Shown piece after piece: positions 29,281 through 38,050 of a stretch of 64,000 bases of DNA. A program made the position numbers and the translations under genes. The number at the start of each line of letters is the position of its first letter. The stretch's first letter is position 1. The notes beneath the pieces were generated by a model. It did not search any database, was not told where the DNA came from, and was given only the letters and a program-made list of their open reading frames with translations. Origin of the DNA: Bacillota bacterium (GTDB lineage: Bacteria; Bacillota; Clostridia; Acetivibrionales; DTU013); contig JAEZMD010000019.1 in the NCBI GenBank assembly GCA_023435745.1, forward strand, positions 24,423 through 88,422. The letters are read 5' to 3'.

Positions 29281-31854
29281 TTAGTAAATCACAACACTGC
29301 CCTTCTCTTTCAAATCCTTCATCGCGTTCGCCTTAATCATTCCGTTGGAAAGCGTAAACAAATCATCCCCAATATATAGTATCCTCTGAACGTTTTTATC
29401 ACTGTTGTACCAACTGTTTCCGGCCTTTTTGTATTCCTCATCCGAAATGTGGGTTATTCTGCCTTTCAGCTGAAATCCATTAGTGATATCAAGTTGATAC
29501 ACCAGCGCGCCCTGGAATGTGAACTTTCCATATTGGAGTGAATCCATTTTCACCTTATCGGAGCTGTCCCTGATCTCCATCAGCGTCACCGGGAAGGCAA
29601 GCAGGTTCTTTTCCTTAGAGAACAGAAGCGCTTTGTGGTTGCTGAGCAACTCCGAATCCGTGCCCCTGTCGCCAATATTCTCAGAAAATTTCTGTATGGG
29701 ATTGCTGACATCAGTCACATCAAACAATGCAACCTTCATGCCAAGATAATATGCCTGCCCCTTTATTTCGACCGTATCCTTACCAAAGCCAAGTATATGG
29801 TTCTCATCATACGGATGCAGATAATCGCTATATCCCGGTATCTTTAGAGCTCCAAGAATGGCTGGTTTTTCAGGATTCTTCAGATCGATCACAAACAACG
29901 GATCGACGGTTTTGAAGGTCACCACATACGCCCTGTCCCCCATAAAGCGGACTGAGTAAATTCTCTCACCCGGCGCCATATCCTCTAACCTGCCTGTAAT
30001 GGAAAGCATACTGTCCAGGACATACAAAGCGTTTTTGGATATCCTTTCATCTGTCGCCCACATATCACCTTTTGTGGTGGCAATGCGGAAGGTATTTTCC
30101 TGTTCATCCATTGAGAACTGATTCAGGATATTCCCCGGAACCTCTCCCTTGCACAGGTAGGTTAACTGTGCATCCTTCATGGCAAATTTATATATCTGTG
30201 TTATCTCTTCACGGACAGATTTGCCGGTAGCTCTGGTATAATCGGATACTGCAACATACAGATTTTCAGTTGACGCATATATGTTATGACCCGCACCAAG
30301 ATAGGTGGAAACATTTGCAGCCTCGTTCCCTTCAACATCAATGCCGGCAACGATCATGTAATTATCATAGACGGATGAGGGGAAATATCGTATGGACTCA
30401 TACCCAATATTTATATAATCCTCCTTGAGCGCTGTATCGCGATAGGATGGTGTAATATTCATTTCATCGTTTTGGATACGGTAATAATTCAACTCATCAT
30501 TGGCTATCAGATAAAGCGCCGGGCCAACCTTTCTCGACGAAACATAGCGCCCCTCCAGCTCCACCTCACGCAGCAGCTTCAGGTTCTCTCTGTCAGACAT
30601 GTCATAGATAAGCACCTTTACGCTTCCTTGCGAATACCGCGGCGCCGGATATATTTCCTTCAGGATCCCATCCTCCATAATCCCGACCGGGAAGGATGCT
30701 CTGGAAGTGCCTATGACAATGAGCTTCTGATCATGCAGATAAAGTTCCTGCGGGTTAAGGTTCTTTTCTGTAAACGCCAGTGTGCTGACAACCTTCATGC
30801 TCTCAGGCGCATCTACCTTTGTGATGACGACTCTCTCCCTGTTGACCTGATAGATATAATTGCCGTCCGTTTTAACGATGTCGCCTTCATCCACACCCTG
30901 TACCTGAACATTTGTGGCCGAATAATCATTGCGTTCGGAGCCCGTCCCGGTTATTGACTCTGATTCCACTGCCTGCAAGCCATCAGAAGCAGACGTTTTT
31001 GCCTGCGGCGGCAAAGCCTCATTTGTCTGCACGGATTCCTGAGTAACCGCCATATCGGGCATATCCATCAGGATAGTGTTTTCATCCATCCCTTTGATTA
31101 TATTTGACCCCATTCTACGGCCTTCTTCGAGCAGACTTACCAGCTTATCATAAGATTCAACTGCCGGAAGATAACTCAGCTTCCGGATCCAGTCGTTGAT
31201 CAGTTCTTTGTCTTTAGCCGGGTCAAAGACATTCTCTTCATCACTGATAATAATGAGACCGCGGTCATAAAAGGCCTTTTTTCCCAGAATCTCCACAAAC
31301 GTATCCAGCGGGACAAAGGTTCTTCCCTTGTATGACTGTACTTCCGCACCCAGGTCAAGCTTCGATTGCCCAACGGCCATTTTATCACTGCCCTGTGTGA
31401 AATGATAGCTTTTACCACCGAGTACTATGGTAGCAGTAAGTGTTTTCTGATCCCACCTGACAACCCCGCCCAGGCTTTCAGCAATAAATCTTATTGGAAC
31501 CATTTCGACGTTGTTGATAATCACAGGGGTGACTTCGATATTGCCGGGGTCTATCTGTGTTTGTACACCAGCAACATGCGCCAGAGGACTTCCTACATAT
31601 AAAGCAATGCTTACCTCGACAGTTGCTTTAGCAGTATCTGCTGCGGCAACTGTTCCTGAATATTCCAAGGTATTTCCCATGCCTTTTCCTGCGGTATTAT
31701 CAGCGGTATTATCAGCGATATTTCCTGCGGCAGTCGTCGTCGATGTCTCTGAGAATGCGGTAAACGCAACTAAAAAAATCATAATTGCCATCACCGCTAA
31801 AGCACCTATGATCCTCACATTTTTTCTCATATCCGCTTCCTCCCTGTTTTTCAT
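29281..31854 (-). CDS. Secreted protein with a copper-amine-oxidase-N-like stalk domain plus a beta-propeller (Beta_propel) domain
   Basis: Signal/TM segment. The stalk motif pair VPIRFIAESLGG..WD and GRTFVPLDTF. Beta_propel start YSATNVQVQGVDEGDIVKTDGNYIYQV. Confidence 0.75.
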   Translation of the reverse strand: MKNREEADMRKNVRIIGALAVMAIMIFLVAFTAFSETSTTTAAGNIADNTADNTAGKGMGNTLEYSGTVAAADTAKATVEVSIALYVGSPLAHVAGVQTQIDPGNIEVTPVIINNVEMVPIRFIAESLGGVVRWDQKTLTATIVLGGKSYHFTQGSDKMAVGQSKLDLGAEVQSYKGRTFVPLDTFVEILGKKAFYDRGLIIISDEENVFDPAKDKELINDWIRKLSYLPAVESYDKLVSLLEEGRRMGSNIIKGMDENTILMDMPDMAVTQESVQTNEALPPQAKTSASDGLQAVESESITGTGSERNDYSATNVQVQGVDEGDIVKTDGNYIYQVNRERVVITKVDAPESMKVVSTLAFTEKNLNPQELYLHDQKLIVIGTSRASFPVGIMEDGILKEIYPAPRYSQGSVKVLIYDMSDRENLKLLREVELEGRYVSSRKVGPALYLIANDELNYYRIQNDEMNITPSYRDTALKEDYINIGYESIRYFPSSVYDNYMIVAGIDVEGNEAANVSTYLGAGHNIYASTENLYVAVSDYTRATGKSVREEITQIYKFAMKDAQLTYLCKGEVPGNILNQFSMDEQENTFRIATTKGDMWATDERISKNALYVLDSMLSITGRLEDMAPGERIYSVRFMGDRAYVVTFKTVDPLFVIDLKNPEKPAILGALKIPGYSDYLHPYDENHILGFGKDTVEIKGQAYYLGMKVALFDVTDVSNPIQKFSENIGDRGTDSELLSNHKALLFSKEKNLLAFPVTLMEIRDSSDKVKMDSLQYGKFTFQGALVYQLDITNGFQLKGRITHISDEEYKKAGNSWYNSDKNVQRILYIGDDLFTLSNGMIKANAMKDLKEKGSVVIY

Positions 31855-31888
31855 ACGCTACTTTTACACTATCCTTCAAATAATTTTT

Positions 31889-33541
31889 TTACCTTACGCT
31901 CCTCATATAGGAGTAAAACCCCGCAGCCAGGCAACCAAGCGCAACAAAAGCCGCTAATATCCAAAGAAGTGTTTTGTTTTTTGTATCGGATTCCTCCGCT
32001 TTTGATGTAGAATTACCTGGGTAATTGGTGCTTTCAGCCGGTTCAAGCCCTGTGTCACCGGAGTTTTGGCCAGCATTCTTCCCCATGGCTTCATCGGTTC
32101 CATCGCGTTGGTGTTCATTGTCGGTGGTGTTGGCTCCGGCAGTATCAGCAGCCAGAGTCTCAGCGGCCTTAACTGTTCCATTTGGCTCATTGGTTCCTTT
32201 AGGCACATTACTCGCATCACCGGTATTATCGGTTTTGTCCGTTTCATTAGTTCCATTAGTTCCATTACCGGCATTGCCGGTCTCATCCGTCCCGGCCCTA
32301 TCCGGATTCTCTTCCTGCCCGGCTTCTTCAGAAGGTATCCTGAACTTAGTTGTTTTTACAGCTGTTCTGTCCAGCCAGTCTTTCACAGTAATGGAAATAT
32401 CATATTCAATCTCAGGCTTCAGAATGATATACGTAGATGCTTTCTCAACCTGCGAATCAATAACGGCGTTCCCCTCTTCCTCATGAGTGATCATGAGCAT
32501 CACGTCCGGAGAATACAGACTTTTCACATCACACGAAATATGGTAGGCAGTTCCATACGGGATAATTTCGATTTCTCCGAGAACAGGAGCATCATCCGGG
32601 ATCTGCGTATTTGGCAAAAAACCCGCAATATAGGCTGTCAGCACCGGATCCTTGTTTTCCGCAGCCATGCCGTATTCAGCCAGCAACGTCACTTCATCCT
32701 TTGCCTGCGCGAGCTGCTGTATCTCCTTATATTTTTCTATTTTTGACAGAATGTCACCGGCGTCCTCACCGTTCGCCTCCATCATTGCAAGATAATCCTC
32801 GCTGTAATGCCAGATATTATAAAGCACCTGAAGGTCATAGGCAGGCTCAATGTTCTTTCTCTCCCATACGATGGAATTTCCCTCAAATTTAAATCCTCCG
32901 GGTTTGAGCTGCTCGATCTGCCAGGGCTGTATGGAGCCAAGTTTAAACTCCACTCTTGCCTTTCCTATTTTGCCCTTCCAGGTCGCTCCTGTTTGAAGGA
33001 CGTATCCCGTTGTCACATCCCCTATTGAATTGTAGGAAGGTACGTAGTCATATGTATTACGGACGATTACGGTTTCCCCCTCTTTAAAAGGAACCGTAAA
33101 GGTGAACCATTCGCTGTAATCCGGCATGGCTATGTCGGGTTGTATCCCCTTTTCCCTTTTTACAGGCAATTCCTCGCCGTTGACAAAGGCTTTGAAATTA
33201 TCCAGAGAAAGACTGACATCATCGGAAAACGAACTGCCCAGCTCTTCCCTGAGTTTGCCCGGAAAGCCCATCAGCACATCTCTTGCCTCTCCTGTATTAC
33301 GGAATTCGAAAGTACACTCAACGGTATTTCTATCCATATCAATAACAATCTCTTCCGACGCCATCTCAACTATCGCGTCCATCATTGGATAAACACCTGC
33401 AGGCGTTCTTCCGATCACTGCATCATCGGCATATGCAAAAACAGGGAAAAATACCGCCGCTAAAACTAAAAAAAGTATGATTAAATATTTCCTTGATATA
33501 TTCACGCTGTTAATAACCCGCCTTTCGGAACCGTTCATCAA
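31889..33541 (-). CDS. Surface protein: N-terminal signal, beta-rich domain (possibly DUF4424-like), T/N/G-rich low-complexity linker, C-terminal TM anchor
   Basis: 550-aa ORF with signal LVLAAVFFPVFAYA, low-complexity stretch GNAGNGTNGTNETDKTDNTG.., and C-terminal anchor LLWILAAFVALGCLAAGFYSY. Confidence 0.6.
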   Translation of the reverse strand: MMNGSERRVINSVNISRKYLIILFLVLAAVFFPVFAYADDAVIGRTPAGVYPMMDAIVEMASEEIVIDMDRNTVECTFEFRNTGEARDVLMGFPGKLREELGSSFSDDVSLSLDNFKAFVNGEELPVKREKGIQPDIAMPDYSEWFTFTVPFKEGETVIVRNTYDYVPSYNSIGDVTTGYVLQTGATWKGKIGKARVEFKLGSIQPWQIEQLKPGGFKFEGNSIVWERKNIEPAYDLQVLYNIWHYSEDYLAMMEANGEDAGDILSKIEKYKEIQQLAQAKDEVTLLAEYGMAAENKDPVLTAYIAGFLPNTQIPDDAPVLGEIEIIPYGTAYHISCDVKSLYSPDVMLMITHEEEGNAVIDSQVEKASTYIILKPEIEYDISITVKDWLDRTAVKTTKFRIPSEEAGQEENPDRAGTDETGNAGNGTNGTNETDKTDNTGDASNVPKGTNEPNGTVKAAETLAADTAGANTTDNEHQRDGTDEAMGKNAGQNSGDTGLEPAESTNYPGNSTSKAEESDTKNKTLLWILAAFVALGCLAAGFYSYMRSVR

Positions 33542-33658
33542 TTCAATGGCAAGACAACTACAAATTATATAGACGTCATTACTTATTGTGAAGTTCCAGA
33601 ATTTAAAAGTTATACAGCCTATTATATCATGAATTGAGTATACAAAGTCCGAAAAAAG

Positions 33659-33742
33659 ATATGCAATGAACGAGGAGGAATATACATTGAACGAGGAAAA
33701 ATATGCATTGAACGAGGCAGGATATGCATTGATCGAGGCATA
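33659..33742. repeat. Tandem repeat, 4 x 21 bp
   Basis: The units are ATATGCAATGAACGAGGAGGA / ATATACATTGAACGAGGAAAA / ATATGCATTGAACGAGGCAGG / ATATGCATTGATCGAGGCATA, with no spacers between them. Confidence 0.9.
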
Positions 33743-33784
33743 AACTCCCCCGCTGCTCGTTTTTACAATGGTGAAGGGACCTCG

Positions 33785-33905
33785 CTACTCACTTTTGCAG
33801 TTTTAGGACTATATTTGCTGGGAATAGGCCTTATTTTATTGCCGTTAGACCATAAAATTGACTTTATAAAGCATACTTCTGTTCTAAAGTTGCAATAACG
33901 GGTAG
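33785..33905. repeat. Imperfect inverted repeat pair (about 25-bp arms, about 71-bp spacer) belonging to a dispersed repeat family
   Basis: Left arm CTACTCACTTTTGCAGTTTTAGGAC (33785-33809), right arm GTTCTAAAGTTGCAATAACGGGTAG (33881-33905). A third related copy lies at 51958-51982. Confidence 0.6.
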
Positions 33906-34077
33906 TGCGGTGCCATTTTTATTTGAAGCAAATGAGATGTCATTTATTTACCTGTCCGACTTGCCTGTGCATAGTATAATTATGCTGGAGTTTAGGTTGA
34001 TGCATCGCTGGAAAATACTCTGCATTTTCCTTTTAGCTCGTGCCCTCCCGGGTTCGAGTCCCAAAATATTAAAGCAC

Positions 34078-34107
34078 AAAAAAACAGACTGTCTTATAGA
34101 CTGTCTG
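34078..34107 (-). terminator. Intrinsic terminator (minus strand), distal to the tRNA operon
   Basis: Minus strand: CAGACAGTCT-ATA-AGACAGTCTG (10 bp, one mismatch) followed by TTTTTTT. Confidence 0.55.
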
Positions 34108-34160
34108 TTAACCTCACTGCGTGAGGCTTTTAAAGGTTAGTTATGCTGCCTGTGGCAGAT

Positions 34161-34187
34161 AACAAAGCTTTTTGCTCTGCAAAAAGC
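34161..34187 (-). terminator. Intrinsic terminator (minus strand), proximal to the tRNA operon
   Basis: Perfect 9-bp stem GCTTTTTGC-AGA-GCAAAAAGC followed by TTTGTT on the minus strand. Confidence 0.55.
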
Positions 34188-34225
34188 AACAGATGTTGTT
34201 TATACCGCCAAAGGCGGATAAACAG

Positions 34226-34300
34226 TGGTGACCCATAGGGGACTCGAACCCCTGTTACCGCCGTGAAAGGGCGGTGTCTTAACCGCTTGACCAATGGGCC
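34226..34300 (-). tRNA. tRNA-Glu (anticodon UUC), CCA encoded
   Basis: Minus strand GGCCCATTGGTCAAGCGGTTAAGACACCGCCCTTTCACGGCGGTAACAGGGGTTCGAGTCCCCTATGGGTCACCA. Anticodon loop CTTTCAC. Confidence 0.92.
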
Positions 34301-34359
34301 ATGTATGCGAATAACCTGCGCCAGATACAGAGCTTGTTGCTATCTGTTCTCTGCTTTAA

Positions 34360-34436
34360 TGGTAGCGGCGGTCGGATTTGAACCAACGACACTGCGGGTA
34401 TGAACCGCATGCTCTAGCCACCTGAGCTACGCCGCC
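34360..34436 (-). tRNA. tRNA with CAU anticodon. Elongator Met is likely; Ile2/lysidine type cannot be excluded.
   Basis: Minus strand GGCGGCGTAGCTCAGGTGGCTAGAGCATGCGGTTCATACCCGCAGTGTCGTTGGTTCAAATCCGACCGCCGCTACCA. Anticodon loop TTCATAC. Confidence 0.88.
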
Positions 34437-34468
34437 ATATAAGCAATGGCGCTTTAACGCGCTTTACT

Positions 34469-34498
34469 ATTGTAGCAGATGGATCAACATAAAGTCAA
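34469..34498 (-). promoter_or_regulatory. Sigma-A-type promoter of the tRNA-Met/tRNA-Glu operon
   Basis: Minus strand TTGACT - 18 nt - TACAAT, about 30 nt upstream of the tRNA-Met 5' end. Confidence 0.6.
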
Positions 34499-34569
34499 TA
34501 GAAAGTTTGATCCATAAAATTCCTTATACGGCGGCCTTTTATGACACCTTCTGTCATGGAAATAGAATC

Positions 34570-35310
34570 CTACCACTTCTCGGTAAGGTGGTCCCAATAG
34601 CGGCGCGGCATCAGCTGTCTTTGAAGCTTTGGATTCTTGCGGCTCGGAATCTCAAGTGTGTTGAAAAACTCCTTCCACAGACCGGCGAATCTTTTTTCAT
34701 CCTCTGTGCTGCCGGGGATGTCACCCGCTGAAAACTCAGAAACGATCCAGCTCTTACTGTTGTACAGGGCGGCAACCTCCCGCCTGACATCATGGATGAT
34801 CCACTTCTGGTCGGAAAGCCGTTCTGCAAAATGGGGTGCCAGCAGCTCAACCACATTGTTGTCCGGACTGATGGATGAATAGAAAATACCGCCCTCCACC
34901 TGACGGAACCTGACAAAGCCCATCAGTCTATGAACCTCATACTCAAGCCTGCGGTTGATATCCATCACCCTGAAAACCGTATTGTCCGACAAATGCAGAT
35001 CAACCCTGCCCCCCATCTTCCATCCAAGTTTCAGGTATCGGTATATGAGAGTGCCCGCGTCAGCCTCTTCCGAAAGCAGTATATGATATACATTTTTTAA
35101 GGCGTCCTCAGAAATCTTGCTCCGGATGGAGGCATAGACCCTGTCAGATTTCACAGGATCGGTCGCAATAAAAAAATACTTTGTCACGAGATCCTGCTGC
35201 ATCCCCTGCTCCGCTAAAATGGCATCCGGCTCCTCTTTCCTGTAGAAAGCCTCAAACACGGCAGTCAGTAGTCCTTCAAAACTGCCGTCATAAACATACG
35301 TCAGCATCAC
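34570..35310 (-). CDS. DUF4130 / TIGR03915-type probable DNA metabolism protein
   Basis: Starts MLTYVYDGSFEGLLTAVFEAF.., characteristic of this family. Overlaps the radical SAM partner by 4 nt. Confidence 0.8.
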   Translation of the reverse strand: MMLTYVYDGSFEGLLTAVFEAFYRKEEPDAILAEQGMQQDLVTKYFFIATDPVKSDRVYASIRSKISEDALKNVYHILLSEEADAGTLIYRYLKLGWKMGGRVDLHLSDNTVFRVMDINRRLEYEVHRLMGFVRFRQVEGGIFYSSISPDNNVVELLAPHFAERLSDQKWIIHDVRREVAALYNSKSWIVSEFSAGDIPGSTEDEKRFAGLWKEFFNTLEIPSRKNPKLQRQLMPRRYWDHLTEKW

Positions 35311-36620
35311 AGTTCACCCGTCAGACTTGCTGTCACATCCTCAGAGGATGGAAGCAATGATACAGAGGATGAAAAAAAGCTGAGCTGCTTATAGCCGGTG
35401 TCCAACGCCGGAAGCCGCGCTCCTGCCATTAGCATATTCGTCCTGACAAAGCCTTCCGCTGCCCCCAGCTTATCGATATATTTCCCCTTGCAGGTGATGA
35501 AGAATCGCGCCCGTTTCAATACGACACCCATCTTTTTAATGTCGGCAAAGTCAAGCTTCTGTATCATTCTTGCCCTGATAATTCTCTGAGCCGAGCGGAC
35601 GCCAATACCAGGAACGCGAAGCAATACTAAATACTCTGCTTTATTGATCTCCACAGGAAACTGGTGAAGATTTCTCAGCGCCCAGTCGCATTTTGGATCC
35701 AGTTGCATGTCAAAATCCCTGTGAGTTTCGTCCAGCAGTTCATCCGCCTTGAACCCATAAAACCTGAGCAGCCAATCCGCCTGGTAGATGCGGTGTTCAC
35801 GGAGCAGAGGCGGCTTAACTGCCTTTGGGAGAGCGGGATGGTTTGAAACCGGAACATAGGCCGAATAGAATACCCTCCTCATGCCAAAGCGTTTATATAA
35901 CCCTTCTGAAAGCTTGAGAATACCAAGATCATGATCCTCAGTAGCTCCAACGATCAATTGGGTACTTTGCCCGGCAGGCACAAACTGCGGCGTACTTTTA
36001 AAACGCTGTCTGTATTCCCCAGTCTCTTTGATCTTTCCGCTGATAAAGCCCATTGGCTCCAGAATGGCCTCCTTCTTCTTCTGCGGAGCCAATAGCTTCA
36101 GTCCTTCACTGGTTGGCAGCTCGATGTTGACGCTCATCCTGTCTACATATCCGCCTGCTGTTTCAATCAACGAAGAATTTGCTCCGGGTATGGCCTTGAT
36201 GTGTATATAACCGTTGAAGCGGTATTGCTCGCGAAGAAGTCTTACGGCACGGATAATCAGTTCCATGGTATGGTCGGGAGATTTCACTACGGCGGAGCTG
36301 AGGAACAGCCCCTCAATATAATTCCTTCTATAAAAATTGATGGTAAGCTCCGCAATCTCCTCAGGTGAAAAAGCCGCCCGCGGCACATCGTTGGAAGACC
36401 TGTTGACGCAGTAGGCGCAATCATAAATACAGTGGTTGGTCATCAATATTTTTAACAGCGAAACACAGCGCCCATCGCCGGTAAATGTATGACAGATACC
36501 AGCTGCAAAGCTGCTGCCGATCCCTCCGGGTGTGTTTTTTCTCGAGCTGCCGCTGGAGACACAGGACACATCATATTTTGCGCTATCAGCCAGCACCCTG
36601 AGTTTTTCCATCATATCCAT
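35307..36620 (-). CDS. Putative DNA modification/repair radical SAM protein (TIGR03916-type)
   Basis: AKYDVSC.. N-terminus, CxxxCxxC cluster motif CIYDCAYC, and a C-terminal helix-hairpin-helix-like LLRVPGIGVRSAQRI. Confidence 0.85.
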   Translation of the reverse strand: MDMMEKLRVLADSAKYDVSCVSSGSSRKNTPGGIGSSFAAGICHTFTGDGRCVSLLKILMTNHCIYDCAYCVNRSSNDVPRAAFSPEEIAELTINFYRRNYIEGLFLSSAVVKSPDHTMELIIRAVRLLREQYRFNGYIHIKAIPGANSSLIETAGGYVDRMSVNIELPTSEGLKLLAPQKKKEAILEPMGFISGKIKETGEYRQRFKSTPQFVPAGQSTQLIVGATEDHDLGILKLSEGLYKRFGMRRVFYSAYVPVSNHPALPKAVKPPLLREHRIYQADWLLRFYGFKADELLDETHRDFDMQLDPKCDWALRNLHQFPVEINKAEYLVLLRVPGIGVRSAQRIIRARMIQKLDFADIKKMGVVLKRARFFITCKGKYIDKLGAAEGFVRTNMLMAGARLPALDTGYKQLSFFSSSVSLLPSSEDVTASLTGEL

Positions 36621-36755
36621 GTGGTCACCTTAAACCCATACAAAAATTCAATCTTTCGTTTAGTCTGCTCCAGAAATCATTGCATATTTCCGGCACTTGC
36701 TACTTCTATAGTTTATCACATGAATAGCAAAAAATCAAACATATGTTCTGACAGC

Positions 36756-37226
36756 TTATTGCTGCTCCTTTTTCTTCAACCTCTCACAGCACCTTTTGGC
36801 AGCCCTCTCGTACTCTTTCTTTTCCTCCTCTGTTTCCAGCAGCAGTCCACAGACCTCAACAGGCTTTGAATCCGAGTCGACAGCTACAAACGTTAGATAA
36901 GCCCTGTTAGTGAATTTCCGTTCACCTGTCATAAAATCTTCGGAGAAAACCTCCACAACTACTTCCATCGAGGTTCTGCCCACCCATGTAACCCGTGACT
37001 TCAATGTGATTATTTGGCCCTGCTTTACAGGTCGTTTGAATTCCACACTGTCAATAGCCGCCGTCACAACAATACGGTTGCTATGCCTTTGTGCTGCCAT
37101 GGCTCCGGCTACGTCCACAAGATGCATTAAACGTCCCCCGAGCAGGTTTCCCAGCAGGTTCGTATCATTGGGCAATACAAGCTCCGTCATTTCAACCATG
37201 GACTCACGCGGTGATTTCAATTTCAT
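36756..37226 (-). CDS. Acyl-CoA thioesterase (hotdog fold, YciA/BFIT-like)
   Basis: VLPNDTNLLGNLLGGRLMHLVD, SVEFKRPV. AGGAGGGG SD before the ATG at 37226. Confidence 0.85.
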   Translation of the reverse strand: MKLKSPRESMVEMTELVLPNDTNLLGNLLGGRLMHLVDVAGAMAAQRHSNRIVVTAAIDSVEFKRPVKQGQIITLKSRVTWVGRTSMEVVVEVFSEDFMTGERKFTNRAYLTFVAVDSDSKPVEVCGLLLETEEEKKEYERAAKRCCERLKKKEQQ

Positions 37227-37332
37227 ACATATCCCCTCCTTGAAATTTTGGCGGCACATTATAATTATCGTTCATTATAACTACCGCTTTATACAATCAT
37301 TTATACAATCATTTAATAAACAGTTACACCTG

Positions 37333-38028
37333 CTATGATCGCGTGCAGGCCTCGAGCGCCTCAATATCCCTGATTTGTACGGAAGAGCGGTGGAAATCCA
37401 GTATCCCCTTCTCCCGCATCCTGCACATCTCACGGGACAAAGACGGTCGTGAGACATTCAGGAAATCAGCCATTTCGTTTCTGTTCATGGAAAGCATGAA
37501 GGTGGTTTGGCCATTTTTCCCTATCTGCTCAAGGAGAAAAGCCGCAATTCTGGCCCGCAGGCTTCTGATGGACAGGTACTCCAGCTTTTGGCTCAGTTTC
37601 AACGCTTTCCTCGACAATATTCCGAGCATGTTCATTATCAGTGTTCGATGACCCTGACAGGAAAGTGCGCATTGTCCGATTATTTTATCAGGCGGAAGAT
37701 ACATTATGCTGCACGCGGATTGCGCGATAACGGTTGCAGGCCATGACCCTCTCCCTGAGAAAGCCGCCATCTCTCCAAAAAGATCTCCCGGCTTCAATAT
37801 CGAAAGGATCATTCTTTCCCCAGCATTACTTTCTTTCACTATGGCAACCTGTCCGGATAATACAACGCCAACGCCTTCAAAAGAATCCCCGGCCGCATTT
37901 AGTATGACATTTCTGCCGAAGCTTCTTACTCTTGGCTTCAGGCAATCCAGCAGCAAGATCGTTTCCTGCTGTGTCATCCCATGAAAAAGAGCACACTTCA
38001 TGACACTGTTAATATTCTGATGATACAT
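37333..38028 (-). CDS. Crp/Fnr family transcriptional regulator (HcpR-like by context)
   Basis: cNMP-binding-like beta-roll (GDLFGEMA) and a C-terminal HTH (MNRNEMADFLNVSRPSLSREM). Divergent from hcp. The ATG at 38028 has a GGAGA SD. Confidence 0.8.
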   Translation of the reverse strand: MYHQNINSVMKCALFHGMTQQETILLLDCLKPRVRSFGRNVILNAAGDSFEGVGVVLSGQVAIVKESNAGERMILSILKPGDLFGEMAAFSGRGSWPATVIAQSACSIMYLPPDKIIGQCALSCQGHRTLIMNMLGILSRKALKLSQKLEYLSIRSLRARIAAFLLEQIGKNGQTTFMLSMNRNEMADFLNVSRPSLSREMCRMREKGILDFHRSSVQIRDIEALEACTRS

Positions 38029-38050
38029 CTTCACCGTCTCCCCGATTTTT

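Noticed and set aside
33659-33742. Possible CRISPR array.
   Set aside because: The four 21-bp units are contiguous with no spacers and are too short. No cas genes are present in the window.
33785-33905. Possible invertible promoter (inverton) flanked by inverted repeats.
   Set aside because: The spacer is only about 71 bp. The arms are only about 75 percent complementary. No convincing -35/-10 pair lies inside, and no recombinase gene is nearby.
33910-34140. 76-aa plus-strand ORF in the gene-free stretch.
   Set aside because: It has a GTG start without an SD. It runs through the tRNA-like fragment and a terminator hairpin, and its composition is implausible for a protein.
37289-37316. Tandem TATACAATCATTTA x2 between the crp-family gene and the thioesterase gene.
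   Set aside because: There are only two short AT-rich units and no associated feature. This is insufficient to interpret.
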